Below are positions 12,784 through 22,875 of a DNA stretch of 64,000 nucleotides, piece after piece. This DNA is from an uncultured Planctomycetaceae bacterium (GTDB taxonomy: Bacteria; Planctomycetota; Planctomycetia; Planctomycetales; Planctomycetaceae): NCBI GenBank assembly GCA_963813715.1, contig CAWFAK010000009.1, positions 96,001 to 160,000 on the forward strand, in the 5' to 3' direction. The position numbers and the translations under genes were made by a program. Within the stretch, counting starts at the first letter, position 1; every line of letters starts with the position of its first letter. The notes under the pieces are model-generated. The model saw only the letters and a program-made list of their open reading frames with translations. It ran no database searches and was not told the origin of the DNA.

Positions 12784-14088
12784 ATGATGACTCCTTTGCG
12801 TGTTGCCCTGCTGGGGCTGGGCAACGTCGGCGCCGGCGTTGCGAAACTGTTGCTCGAGCAACCGGAGCGCCTCGCTTTGCGGGCCGGCCGGCCGATCGAG
12901 CTGCGGCACGTGATCGTCCGCGATCTGAAAAAGCCGCGGCCCGTGCCGTTGCCGCCCGGCCTCGCCAGCGACGACTATCGCCGCGTGGTGAACGACCGCG
13001 AGGTCGACGTGGCAATCGAGCTGATCGGCGGCGTCACGCCGACGTTCGAGATCTTTCAGGAATTGCTCGACTCGGGGAAGGACGTGGTCACCGCGAACAA
13101 GGCCCTGTTGTGCGAGCGGGGCGACGCGCTCTTTGCGCTGGCCCGCAGCCTGGGGCGGACAATTGCTTTCGAAGGGGCCGTCGCGGGCGGCATTCCGATC
13201 ATCGCCTGCATCAACCAGTCGATGACGGCCAATCAGATCACGGGCATCGAGGCGATCCTCAACGGCACGAGCAATTTCATCCTCACCGAAATGCTGGCCC
13301 GCGATCGGCCTTATCCTCAAATCCTCAAAGAGGCCCAGCGGCTGGGTTACGCGGAGGCCAATCCAGCAATGGACGTCGATGGCACCGACGCCGCCCAGAA
13401 GCTCGGCCTGCTCGTGCAGTTGGCCTTCGGCACCAAGGTGCCACTGACCGCGTTCACGCGCGAAGGCATCGATACGCTCGAGCTGGCCGATCTCAAGTAT
13501 GCGGCGGAGCTGGGCTACACAGTGAAGCTGTTGGCGGTCGCCAAGCTGGTGGACGGGCAGCTTGAAATGCATGTGCAGCCGACGCTCGTCCATCGGGACC
13601 GGCCGTTGGCACAGTGCGGCGGCGCGTTCAACATGATCGCGCTCGACGGGGACGCCGTCGGCAAAACGGTGCTCTCAGGCGCGGGAGCGGGGCAAATGCC
13701 CGCGGCCTCGGCCGTCGTCGCCGACTTGATCGACATGGCCAGCGGCCGCGCGGCCCTCACGTTCCCGCGGATCGACGTTTGGAACGCCCGGCCGCCGCTC
13801 CCCGTGCAGCGCCCCGAGGACGTCGCCAACCGCTATTACCTGCGGTTCAACGTGCAAGACCGGCCGCACGTCTTCGCGGACATTGCCGACATCCTTGGCC
13901 GCAACGGCATCAGCCTGGCCTCGATCATTCAGCACGAGGCGCCCGAGGACGAATCGCGCGAGTCGATCGTGCCGCTGGTCGTGATGACGCACCGCACGAC
14001 CTACGGCCGACTGGTTGCGGCCGATCACGAACTCGACCAGCTCGACTCGCTCCTCCCGCCGCGAATCCGCATGCCGGTCGCCGACTAG
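12784..14088 (+). CDS. hom: Homoserine dehydrogenase with C-terminal ACT domain
   Basis: GLGNVG, VVTANK, EGAVAGGIP, NGTSNFIL, GYAEANP and DAAQK motifs. Confidence 0.95.
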   Translation: MMTPLRVALLGLGNVGAGVAKLLLEQPERLALRAGRPIELRHVIVRDLKKPRPVPLPPGLASDDYRRVVNDREVDVAIELIGGVTPTFEIFQELLDSGKDVVTANKALLCERGDALFALARSLGRTIAFEGAVAGGIPIIACINQSMTANQITGIEAILNGTSNFILTEMLARDRPYPQILKEAQRLGYAEANPAMDVDGTDAAQKLGLLVQLAFGTKVPLTAFTREGIDTLELADLKYAAELGYTVKLLAVAKLVDGQLEMHVQPTLVHRDRPLAQCGGAFNMIALDGDAVGKTVLSGAGAGQMPAASAVVADLIDMASGRAALTFPRIDVWNARPPLPVQRPEDVANRYYLRFNVQDRPHVFADIADILGRNGISLASIIQHEAPEDESRESIVPLVVMTHRTTYGRLVAADHELDQLDSLLPPRIRMPVAD

Positions 14089-14404
14089 CGCGGGCTGGCG
14101 CGGTAAGAGATCGCTCGGGAGCAAATCGTCTTTCGCGTCAAACCGCAAACCGCGCCCGGCAAGTAGAAGGGAAAAGACGCCGAAAAATCCTCGGTCAACG
14201 CCGACCGCCAACGGCCACGGCGAGTCCGTCCTTGACTATTGCGGCTCGGCATGGTGGGATTTTGCCAGTGTCTCTCGTTGGGTCCAATGCGCGATGGCCA
14301 CGAGAGCCGCGACCGTGTCGACCAGGACAGAACTTGAGCACCAAGCAGAACTTGCCCTTACCGCACAGTTTGCCCCTCACCGCACAAACCAGAAGGAAAT
14401 TCGC

Positions 14405-15739
14405 ATGAAGTTGGCACCCTTCGCGATCGGCGCATGCCTGTTGTTGATCTTCGCGCACAGCGCCGCGCTGGCCGCCGATCCCCCCAAGGCGGACGACGCA
14501 ATTCGCAAGATGTGCGATTTCTACAAGCAGCAGAAATCATTCTCGGTAAAGGGGCAAACGAAGTTAGACATTCACGGGGGCGGGATCAACAACACCGCGA
14601 AATCGACGTTCACCGAGATTGTGGAGCGTCCCAACAAGATTGCGTTCAAGAGCGAAGATCGAGCCGGACTGACCGTCGTTTGCGATGGAGACGACCTCTA
14701 CGTCGCCGTGGCCGCCCTCAAGAAGTACATGCAGACCGACGCCCCCGATTCGCTCACGGAACTGGCCGAGAATCCACTGATGGGCGTGGGCGTACCTGGC
14801 ACCAGCAATTTCGCGATCGACTTCGCGACGACCGATCCTGCCCAGCTGATCCTGAAAGGCGTGACCGCCTCGAAGGATCTCGGAGTGGTCAAACTCAACG
14901 GCCAACCCGCCCGGCACCTGTCGTTCACTCGCGGCAAGATTGAGGGAGAGGCCTGGATCGCTGAAGGCCCGCAGCCCCTCTTGCTGCAGGTCGACTATGA
15001 TCTCTCCAAAATGGTCCGGCTGGGCACCAAAGAAGTGAAAATCGCCGTGACCCAGACGTTTAGCGACTGGAAGTTCGGGTTCAAGCCGTCGCCCAAGGAA
15101 TTCACCTTCACGCCGCCCAAGAACGCCAAGGAAGTGCACAACCTGCTCCGTCGCGGCGACGAAGAGGAAGAGCCTTCGGCGCTGTTGGGGAAGGCGGCCC
15201 CCAAGGTCGACCTCGAGCGGCTGGACGGCAAGCGCGTGAAGCTGGCCGACAATGCGGGCAAGGACGTGGTCATGCTCGATATGTGGGCTACGTGGTGCGG
15301 ACCGTGCCGCGCCGAGCTGCCCCACCTGATCAACGTCGCCAAGGACTACAAAGGCAAAGGCGTGGTGTTCTACGCCATCGATCTGCGCGAGAAGAAAGAA
15401 AAGATCAACGAGTTCTTGAAGAAAGAAAAGTTCGACATGACGATCGGACTCGATTCCGAGGGCAAGCTGGCCGAAGCCTGCGGCGTCGAGGGCATTCCCA
15501 TGCTGATGCTGATCGACAAGAAGGGCGTCGTCCAAGTCGTGCACATCGGCTACAACGACAAAGATTTTGAGAAGGAGCTCCACAAAGAGCTCGACAGCCT
15601 TCTGGCCGGCAAGGACCTGGCAAGCGCCACCATCTCCGAATTCGCAGCGAAGAAAAAGGTGGCGGAAGAAGCCCGGGCGAAGCGGAAGAAGGAGCACGAG
15701 AAAGCGAAGAAGGCGGCGTCCGAACAGACGGCTCGCTAA
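14405..15739 (+). CDS. Exported DUF2092 (LolA-like) plus TlpA/redoxin domain protein
   Basis: Signal peptide MKLAPFAIGACLLL; N-terminal ERPNK beta domain; WATWCGPC thioredoxin motif. Confidence 0.8.
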   Translation: MKLAPFAIGACLLLIFAHSAALAADPPKADDAIRKMCDFYKQQKSFSVKGQTKLDIHGGGINNTAKSTFTEIVERPNKIAFKSEDRAGLTVVCDGDDLYVAVAALKKYMQTDAPDSLTELAENPLMGVGVPGTSNFAIDFATTDPAQLILKGVTASKDLGVVKLNGQPARHLSFTRGKIEGEAWIAEGPQPLLLQVDYDLSKMVRLGTKEVKIAVTQTFSDWKFGFKPSPKEFTFTPPKNAKEVHNLLRRGDEEEEPSALLGKAAPKVDLERLDGKRVKLADNAGKDVVMLDMWATWCGPCRAELPHLINVAKDYKGKGVVFYAIDLREKKEKINEFLKKEKFDMTIGLDSEGKLAEACGVEGIPMLMLIDKKGVVQVVHIGYNDKDFEKELHKELDSLLAGKDLASATISEFAAKKKVAEEARAKRKKEHEKAKKAASEQTAR

Positions 15740-15948
15740 CGATCTGCTCCTCGCGTCACACATCCGAACTCACACGACCGGCCCAGTTCGCTTTATCGCG
15801 AATCGGGCCGGTCGCTTTGCGCGGGCCGGCAACTCGCCGGGAGAATTCCACGCCGGCACTCCGTGCGGCTTGACCCCGCTCAGCCGACTGCCCACAGTGG
15901 AGAACCCGCCCGAAAGATCCGCCGTCCCAGCCGCCGTCGAGGGTTCGC

Positions 15949-17282
15949 TTGAGCCAGGATTCGTCCGCGCTACCGCCTCTGTCGAGTCGTCCGAGCCCCA
16001 CCTACAAGTGGTGGGTTGTGGCGATGCTCTGGTTCATCTGCTTCTTCAACTATGCCGACCGGATGGCGATCAACGCGGTCGCCAAGGTGCTGCAACAGGA
16101 CTACCACTTCACGGACGAGGATCTGGGCTGGATCATCTCGGCGTTCATGTTTGTCTACGCCTTGAGCGCGCCTTTTGCCGGACAGGTCGGCGATCGCTAT
16201 CGCCGCAAGTCGCTGATCCTGGGCGGACTGGCGGTTTGGAGCGTGGTGACCGGGGCGACCGGTTTCTGTCGCCGCTGGATCGAGTTCGTGATTGTGCGGG
16301 CGACCGAGGGTCTGGGCGAAACCTTCTACTTCCCCGCGACGATGTCGCTCATCAGCGATTACCACTCGTTGCGAACTCGCTCGCGAGCGATGGGTTTGCA
16401 CCAGACGAGCGTCTACGCGGGGACGATCGGCGGCACGGCGCTCGCCGGATACCTGGCGAGTCAGTATGGCTGGCAGGCGCCGTTCAAGCTGTTTGGGATT
16501 GGCGGCATCGTGCTGGCGATCGTGCTGGCGATCTTCTTGCGGGAACCGGCTCGCAACGAAGCGGAGCGAATCGAAGCCCAAACTCTCGACCACGTCCCCA
16601 ATCCGCCGGCCATTCCGCTGATGCAATTCCTGCGAGAGCTCCTCGAAACGCCGAGCGCCGTGATCCTGATCGTCGCCTTCTTCGGAGCCAATTCGGTCGC
16701 GTTCGTGTTTTTGAGCTGGATGCCGAAGTATCTGGGCGACCAGTTCCACATGGACCTGGGGATGGCGGGCTTCAGCGCCACCTTTTATCTGCGGATCGCC
16801 AGCATCGTCGGATCGATTTTCGGAGGATGGCTGGCCGACCGTTGGCGAATGCACCTGCCGGGCGGCCGGATCTTGAGCCAGGCCTTCGGCGCGCGCTCGT
16901 GGGCATTCCCTTAATTTATTTGTGCGGCAGGCAGGTCGAAGCGACGCCGCTGCTCGTCTATCTGACTCTCTTCGGGCTGGCCGAGGGGATCTATGACGCG
17001 AATATTTGGGCCTCGATGTACGACGTGATTCATCCGTCGCGACGGGGCACCATGCTCGGCCTGGCGAACATGATTGGCTGGCTGGGCGCGGGCGTGGCCA
17101 CGGTCGGCACCGGAATGGCGATGACGCGTTTGCACATGACCTACGGCCAGGTGCTGTCGGTGACCGCCATCATCTACGCCGCCGTCGCGATGCTCTTGAT
17201 CGTCGCCGGCGTCGTGTTCGCCCCGCGCGACATCCGCCGCGCCCAGGCAGACACCGCGCTCGCGGATGGTGTCGCCTCGTAA
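15949..17282 (+). CDS. MFS transporter (frameshift near 16890)
   Basis: FNYADR, GDRYRRK (motif A), EGLGE and GGWLAD; multiple TM helices. Confidence 0.9.
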
Positions 17283-17289
17283 GCGAAGC

Positions 17290-17369
17290 GGGTGGCACTG
17301 GGGGAGTTGCACTTAGGGCCACCCATTCCGGCCCGAAGGGGTTCAGAACCGACGGCTCGCCGTCGGTTC
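17290..17369. repeat. REP-like palindromes
   Basis: GGGTGGC...GCCACCC (17290-17324) and hairpin GAACCGACGG-CTCG-CCGTCGGTTC (17346-17369). Confidence 0.6.
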
Positions 17370-17500
17370 CGCCATTCGTGTCGCGGCGGTCGCAGAAAGA
17401 AGCCAAGGATTCCCGCATTTTAGCAGGTCTGGGGAGATGGGCGCAATAGCACTTTTGGGTCTTGTTTCTACGCCCCAGAATCCGCCGCTAGAATGACGGC

Positions 17501-17689
17501 ATGGAGTTTCTTTCCTTGGCCATTTATGTGGCCACCATAGGAGTCGTCGCAGGGGCAATTTCCTGGGTGCTCCGCCGCTTCGGGAAAACGCCGTCCTTTA
17601 TTCTCTGTTGCGCTATTGCCGTGTGTCTGGTGGCCCTGCTGGCTACGTTTATCGCTACCTACCCGTGGCGAGGGACTCCCCCGCCTTAA
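17501..17689 (+). CDS. Small two-TM membrane protein
   Basis: 62 aa; two hydrophobic helices separated by RRFGK; TAGAAT at 17489-17494 just upstream of the ATG. Confidence 0.6.
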   Translation: MEFLSLAIYVATIGVVAGAISWVLRRFGKTPSFILCCAIAVCLVALLATFIATYPWRGTPPP

Positions 17690-17830
17690 CCTAGTGCCAC
17701 CCCTTCGGGGTTCGGAACTCCGCCCGCCCGCCTGCTGCTCCAACCACACATGGGATGCCGCGCTGACCAATCACACCTGCGGGCCAAACCGCATCTGGCC
17801 GCTTATCCCCACTGCCGCACGATTTCCCAA

Positions 17831-17866
17831 CTTGTTTACACGCTCATAGAAACACGACCTTGTTCC
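17831..17866 (+). promoter_or_regulatory. 36-bp motif upstream of AAA_25 gene copy 1
   Basis: CTTGTTTACACGCTCATAGAAACACGACCTTGTTCC; 26/36 ungapped identity to 52226-52261 on the minus strand. Confidence 0.6.
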
Positions 17867-17934
17867 GTTTCCAGAATCCGCAAAATGGAGATAGGAGCTT
17901 TTTTTCCGTGCTGTTCACAAGTTGAGAGTGTTGT

Positions 17935-19659
17935 ATGTCCGAGCGAAATGGGAACGGGCACCTGCCCGAAAGTGGGGCGGCGGTTGGGGATCGGGTTAAT
18001 GGCGAGACGCCGGCGGTCAGGCCCGATTTGACCGATGCCCAACGGGCGGAAGCTGTTCTGGAATGGGATCGCCGCTTCGAGGAGGCGCTGGTCGAAGTGC
18101 GGGCCAATTACGATCGGCAGGCCGAGGAAGCCAGACAGGAGAGCCAGCCAGAACCTGTTCGCGCCGGCCTCAATCGCCTGCGGGAGCTGGTCGTGCCGCC
18201 CAAGAAAGAGTTTCGGCTGTTTTCGGCCGCCCAGCTCAATTCGGGGCAGTACGAAACCCGCTACCTCGTCCGCGGCATCCTGGCGGCCGGCCAGCCCGGC
18301 GGCATCTTCGGGGCCTTCAAAACGCTCAAAACGTCGCTGGCGGCCGACCTCTTGATCTCGATCGCCAGCGGCACCCCGTTCCTGGGCCGCTTTCCCGTGC
18401 CCCAGCCGGGACGCGTCCTCTTTCTCTCCGGCGAATCGGGGCTGCCCGCGCTGCAGTCGATCGCCCGGCGAATCTGTGCCGAGCGCGGCCTGTCGCTGGA
18501 AAAACTCGACAATTTTGTCCTTTCGCCGGACTTGCCCCGGCTCGACCTGAGGTCCGACGTCGCGCGCCCTCAAAAAGACTCATCGAAACCGAACGGCCCG
18601 TCTGCGTCGTCATCGATCCGGCCTATCTCACGCTCGGCGGCGACAACGGCCGCAACCTGTTCGCGATGGGCTCGCTCTTGCGGCCGCTGGCCGAACTCTG
18701 CGAATCGACGGGCTGCACGGTGCTCGTCGTGCATCACTGCAAACGCTCGCAAAAAGCGGGCGACCCGGCCACGCTCGACGACATCGCCTGGAGCGGCTTC
18801 GCCGAGTTCTCGGCCCAGTGGCTCCTGGTCTCGCGGCGCCGCCGCATTCGATCCGGCCACCGGACACCACGAGCTGTGGCTGGGCGCGGGCAGCCGCGTC
18901 GGCAACCACGGCCTGTGGGAACTCGACGTCGACGAAGGCCGGCCGAACGAATTTTCGCTCGATGTTCGGCCCCACGGCCCGGTCGATGGTCCGCTCGATG
19001 ATGCTCTTACGGGCGAGCACCGCATCTGGAAGACGATTTTACGCGCGGTGGCCGCGCTGCAGCGGCAACTCGACGCGCAGTTCGTCGCCGCCAGCGAAGA
19101 CCGCCGCCTCCGCCGCCGAGCCGCCACGTTCGACCGGCAAAAGCAGCGCGTGCTCGAGTTCCTCTCCGCCCACCCCAACGGCTGCAACGCCACCCAAATC
19201 CGCGAAGTGCTCGGCTTCAACGGCAACCGAATGAAACGGCTCCTGGACATGCTCTGCGACGACCGGCTCGCGCGGACCGAGGAAATCTACTACGACCGGC
19301 GGAAGGAAATTCTGTACCACCGCGTGCAGGTCATGGATCTATCCGCCACCGCCATCCAATCCAACCGCGTCAGCCCAGTCGATGAAATGAAGTACGAGGT
19401 CCGGTCCGGACACTTTGTCGATCGACCGGCAGCGCGACCGGAAGACCGCCAGCCACCCACCCCGCTGAACGCCGTCGCCCCGGCAATCGCCCCGACTCCC
19501 GTTCTCCCACCGATAACCCGCGGCGAACGGCCCGTTCCCCAAGAACGCCCCAACCGCCCCGGGTGCAGGGGCGTTGCCCCTGCCCCTGCCAGGTCCGGAC
19601 ACTTTTGTGGAAGCAGGGACCGACGCAGACCGGACGTAGATTGCCGCGTAGTCCTGTAG
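17935..19659 (+). CDS. AAA_25 / RepA-like (RecA-fold) helicase with C-terminal winged HTH, copy 1 (frameshifts near 18570 and 18845)
   Basis: Walker A variant GAFKTLKTS, LFLSGE, Walker B VVIDPAY, VLVVHHCK, WSGFAEF; helical tail VLEFL..ATQIREVLGFNGNRMKRLLDML. Confidence 0.8.
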   Translation: MSERNGNGHLPESGAAVGDRVNGETPAVRPDLTDAQRAEAVLEWDRRFEEALVEVRANYDRQAEEARQESQPEPVRAGLNRLRELVVPPKKEFRLFSAAQLNSGQYETRYLVRGILAAGQPGGIFGAFKTLKTSLAADLLISIASGTPFLGRFPVPQPGRVLFLSGESGLPALQSIARRICAERGLSLEKLDNFVLSPDLPRLDLRSDVARPQKDSSKPNGPSASSSIRPISRSAATTAATCSRWARSCGRWPNSANRRAARCSSCITANARKKRATRPRSTTSPGAASPSSRPSGSWSRGAAAFDPATGHHELWLGAGSRVGNHGLWELDVDEGRPNEFSLDVRPHGPVDGPLDDALTGEHRIWKTILRAVAALQRQLDAQFVAASEDRRLRRRAATFDRQKQRVLEFLSAHPNGCNATQIREVLGFNGNRMKRLLDMLCDDRLARTEEIYYDRRKEILYHRVQVMDLSATAIQSNRVSPVDEMKYEVRSGHFVDRPAARPEDRQPPTPLNAVAPAIAPTPVLPPITRGERPVPQERPNRPGCRGVAPAPARSGHFCGSRDRRRPDVDCRVVL

Positions 19660-19910
19660 TTCCGTAGGGCCGGCTGCCAGCTTACGCAGGCGGCTCGCCA
19701 AGATCGAAACGCCCGGCGAGCGTCGGGCGTCAGCCCGATGGTGCTTTGTCTTAACGGCAGCGTGATCGCTGTCGCCAAGGTTCGCAAGATGAATTGAAGC
19801 ACCCGCCAGCTTACGCTGGCGGCTCGCCGGTTCGGGTGCAGGGGCGCTGCACCTGCCAGTCCGGACACTTTTGTGGGAATGGGGACCGACGCGGACCGGA
19901 CGTAGATTGC
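19560..19910. repeat. Two ~80-bp direct repeats with interspersed REP-like palindromes
   Basis: 19560-19644 resembles 19833-19910 (GGGTGCAGGGGCG...GTCCGGACACTTTTGTGG...GACCGGACGTAGATTGC); GCCAGCTTACGC(A/T)GGCGGCTCGCC at 19676 and 19805. Confidence 0.85.
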
Positions 19911-19936
19911 GGATCTGAATCGTTAGTGTGAGGCAT

Positions 19937-20028
19937 TGGGTGGCACTGGCGGCTTGTCCGCCAGTGTCTTCTGATGGGCAGCGCGACGGACCCAAGAACA
20001 CTGGCGGACAAGCCGCCAGTGCCACCCA
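19937..20028. repeat. REP doublet (REPIN-like inverted repeat)
   Basis: GGGTGGCACTGGCGGCTTGTCCGCCAGTGT and its exact reverse complement flank a ~30-nt spacer. Confidence 0.9.
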
Positions 20029-20098
20029 CGACCACGTCTTGGCCAAAAGAGAATCCGGGGCTTCCGCAAAGCGGAGCGCCCGGCCACTCGTCGCGTAG

Positions 20099-22028
20099 TC
20101 ATTCGGCGACTTTGTTCGCCGCGGTCGGGCGGTAGTAGTCGCCCGCCAGCCAGCGGACGACCAGGTCCGATTCGCGGGGGCTCAAGCGCGTTTGGAAGGC
20201 CGGCATGTGATTGTGCTCGCCGTAATTCTCCGGGCGGCCCGGGTCGGCGACGAATCGCTTGAGCCAGTCGACGCTGCCGTAACCGGCCAGCGCCGGGGCC
20301 GAACCGTCCTTCGCGCCTCCCTTCTTGCCGCCGGCGGCCGGCGTGAGCGAGTGGCAATCGGTGCAGGCCGACGACAGCTTGACCTTGGCCAGCGCGCCGG
20401 TCTCGAAGATTTTGCGACCCGGCTCGACCAGCGCCTTCTGCTCGGCCGTCTGAGGTAAGCGGCCCGACTGCGACGCGATGAATTCGACCAGCGCATCCAA
20501 GCTCTGTTTGTTGGCCGGATCGTTCAAGGCGGCCTTGTTCGTTTCGGACCAGTCGGCCATTTCGCCGTTGTCGAGCAGGTCTTCGCCGACTTTTTTGTCG
20601 GCGGCGTTCCGCAGCGGCTGGAACTGATGCTTGAAGTCGACGAGCACCGCGCGGACCCAGTCGCGCGAGCCGAAGTTGCCCAGGTCGGCCGCGGTTGCCG
20701 GCGCTTCGACGCGCGCGTCCCCGGCGGCGCTTTCGCCCGCAGGCGCAGCCGCGGCTCCGTTTGCTGGTGTCGGCGCAGCCGCCACGGTGACCTTACGGCC
20801 CGTGCCGTCGGTGCCGTTATAGCGGTGACAGCTCGCGCAGTTGGCCGCGAAGATTTTGGGCCCCTGCGAAAGGGGATCGTCGCGCAACAGCGTCACCGCG
20901 CCGGCGACGGGGATCATGTCCGGGACGGCGGGCCAGCTCGACGGCCCGTTCGCCCGATCGATCGGCCTCGTGGACGGCCAGCTGGAAGTCGGCGTTGTGT
21001 CGATCTTCGTAGGCGGCCAGCCCGGTCAGACCGACGACGCCCGCCATCAGCGCGAACAAAAAGCAAACGTTGAACGCGTGCCCGGCCCGCCAGCGTCCAA
21101 TCAGCGGCATCAGGACAAAAATGATCAGGATGGCCGTCGGCACGTAGATCGCGCCAAACGCCAACCCATAGTGCTCGACCGATTGAAATTTCAGGAAGCG
21201 GAACAGGAACAAGAAGTACCACTCGGGCCGAGCGGCCGAGTACGGCTCGGAGGGATCGGCCGGCGCGCTCAGCTCGGCCCCTTTGAAGACGACGCACAAG
21301 ATGACGACTGCCAGGACGCCCAGGCAGGCGACCGCGTCGCGGAGCACCTGGTCGGGCCAAAAGGTCGTCTCGGGTCGATCTTTCCGACGCACCGTGAGTC
21401 CGTGTCGCCGAAACATGTAGACATGCAGCACCAAGAACAGGACGAGCGCCGCAGGCAGGAAGCCGGCGTGCATCGCGAAGAAGCGGGTCAGCGTGTGATG
21501 GCCGTAGCGAGAGCCGCCTTGCACGAGCTGCTGCAAGAGCGGCCCGACGACCGGCGCGGACCCCATGATCTCCGTCGAAACCTGCGTGGCGTAATAGCCT
21601 TTTTGGTCCCAGGGGAGCAGATAGCCGGTGAGCGACAAGCCGAAGACGATCTGCATCAGGATCAGCCCGAGCCAGAAGTTGATCTCGCGCGGCGCACGGT
21701 ACGCCCCGTCGACGATCACCTGAATCAGGTGCAGGGCCATCAGCACGACCATCGCCTGGGCCGAGTAATGATGGATGCCCCGCACGAGCCAGCCGTAGGA
21801 CATCACGTCCTGGATGAAGTAGACGCTTTCCCAGGCGGTCTGGGCACTGGGGCTGTAGGCCGTCCAGAGGAACAGGCCGGTGATCACCTGCACGGTAAAC
21901 GTGAAGACCAGCGTGCTGCCCCACACGTAACGCCAGCGCGCTCCGCCGGGAATCGGCTCGAGCAGGACCTCGCGCATCAGGTGGCGATAGCCGGTGCGGC
22001 TGTCGAACCAATCACTCAGGCTCGTCAT
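20099..22028 (-). CDS. Cytochrome b (bc complex) fused to a dihaem cytochrome c domain (frameshift near 20920)
   Basis: RGIHH, TGYLLPWDQ, LTRFFAMH and RPEWYF (PEWY) motifs; C-terminal CASCH and CTDCH with distal HMP. Confidence 0.88.
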
Positions 22029-22040
22029 AGGTTGCCGTTC

Positions 22041-22690
22041 TCAGGCCGAGACCACGATCTTGTCGGGAGTGCCCGCTTTGAAAACCTGGTAGCGGACCCA
22101 GACCTCGCTGTTGTTCTTGAGCTTCACTTCGAGCGAGTCGAGGCCGCGCGGCGGAATTTCGTTCTTGCGTTGCCCGTCGAGATCGAAGCCGCTCATGTGG
22201 CAGGGACACAAATAATCGTTCTGCGACGGGGCGGTAATCGACGGCGCAGCCCAGGTGCGGACAGCGGACGTTGAACGCCGTCACCGTGCCGTCCGGCAGC
22301 TTGCGGAGAAACACGCGGCCGACCGGCTGGTTGGCGAACTTGTTCCAGGCGTCGACCGTGTCGTCATAGACGGTGAAAATCTGCGGCCGGCCGTCGGCGG
22401 GAATGGCCGCCAGCGGACGTCACCGGCAGAAAGCCGTCGGCATCGCGTCGACCGTCGCCGCCGCCCGACGAGCCCCGCTTTCGCAGGAGCGGATCGAGAA
22501 AGAAGGTCACGCCCGCGGCGGCCGGCACCACCAACAGCACTCCGCTGGTCAGCACGGCCAAGAGCTTTGTCAAAAAGTTGCGGCGCGGGCCGCCGGCTGG
22601 AGGCGCTTCGCCGAGCGAGCGCGAGGCGTCCGCGGGAGTCGATCCGGATTTTCGCGCGGCGGCCGATTTATCGGCAGAGTCCGAGGGCAT
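22041..22690 (-). CDS. Rieske 2Fe-2S subunit of the bc complex (frameshifted)
   Basis: Tat-like RRNFL plus TM; CPHLGC box; CPCH box in an adjacent frame; PPRGLD. Confidence 0.88.
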
Positions 22691-22875
22691 GATCAGTCGT
22701 CCGAGTGTGGGAGTCGCTCAATCGCAGTCATGAGTCCAAGAATGTCGGCGGGCAACAGGCGGTGGCAGGTTTGTTGCAGTGTCAGTTTTATTAAAGGCAG
22801 TGGCAGTTTATTGAATCTGGGCGCTGGGTCGTCAAGGAGGGAGCGAAGCGGCGTGGGGCCGGATCGCGGGGGCCG

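Noticed and set aside
17683..17720. Integron attC site after the small ORF (GCCTTAAC ... GTTCGG)
   Set aside because: It does not fit RYYYAAC/GTTRRRY with proper complementarity, and no intI is present.
19560..20028. Repeat cluster as a CRISPR array
   Set aside because: Only two to three copies per unit, irregular spacing, mixed repeat types and no cas genes.
17290..20028. Prophage or integrative element around the helicase
   Set aside because: No integrase, primase, structural genes or tRNA att site are visible.
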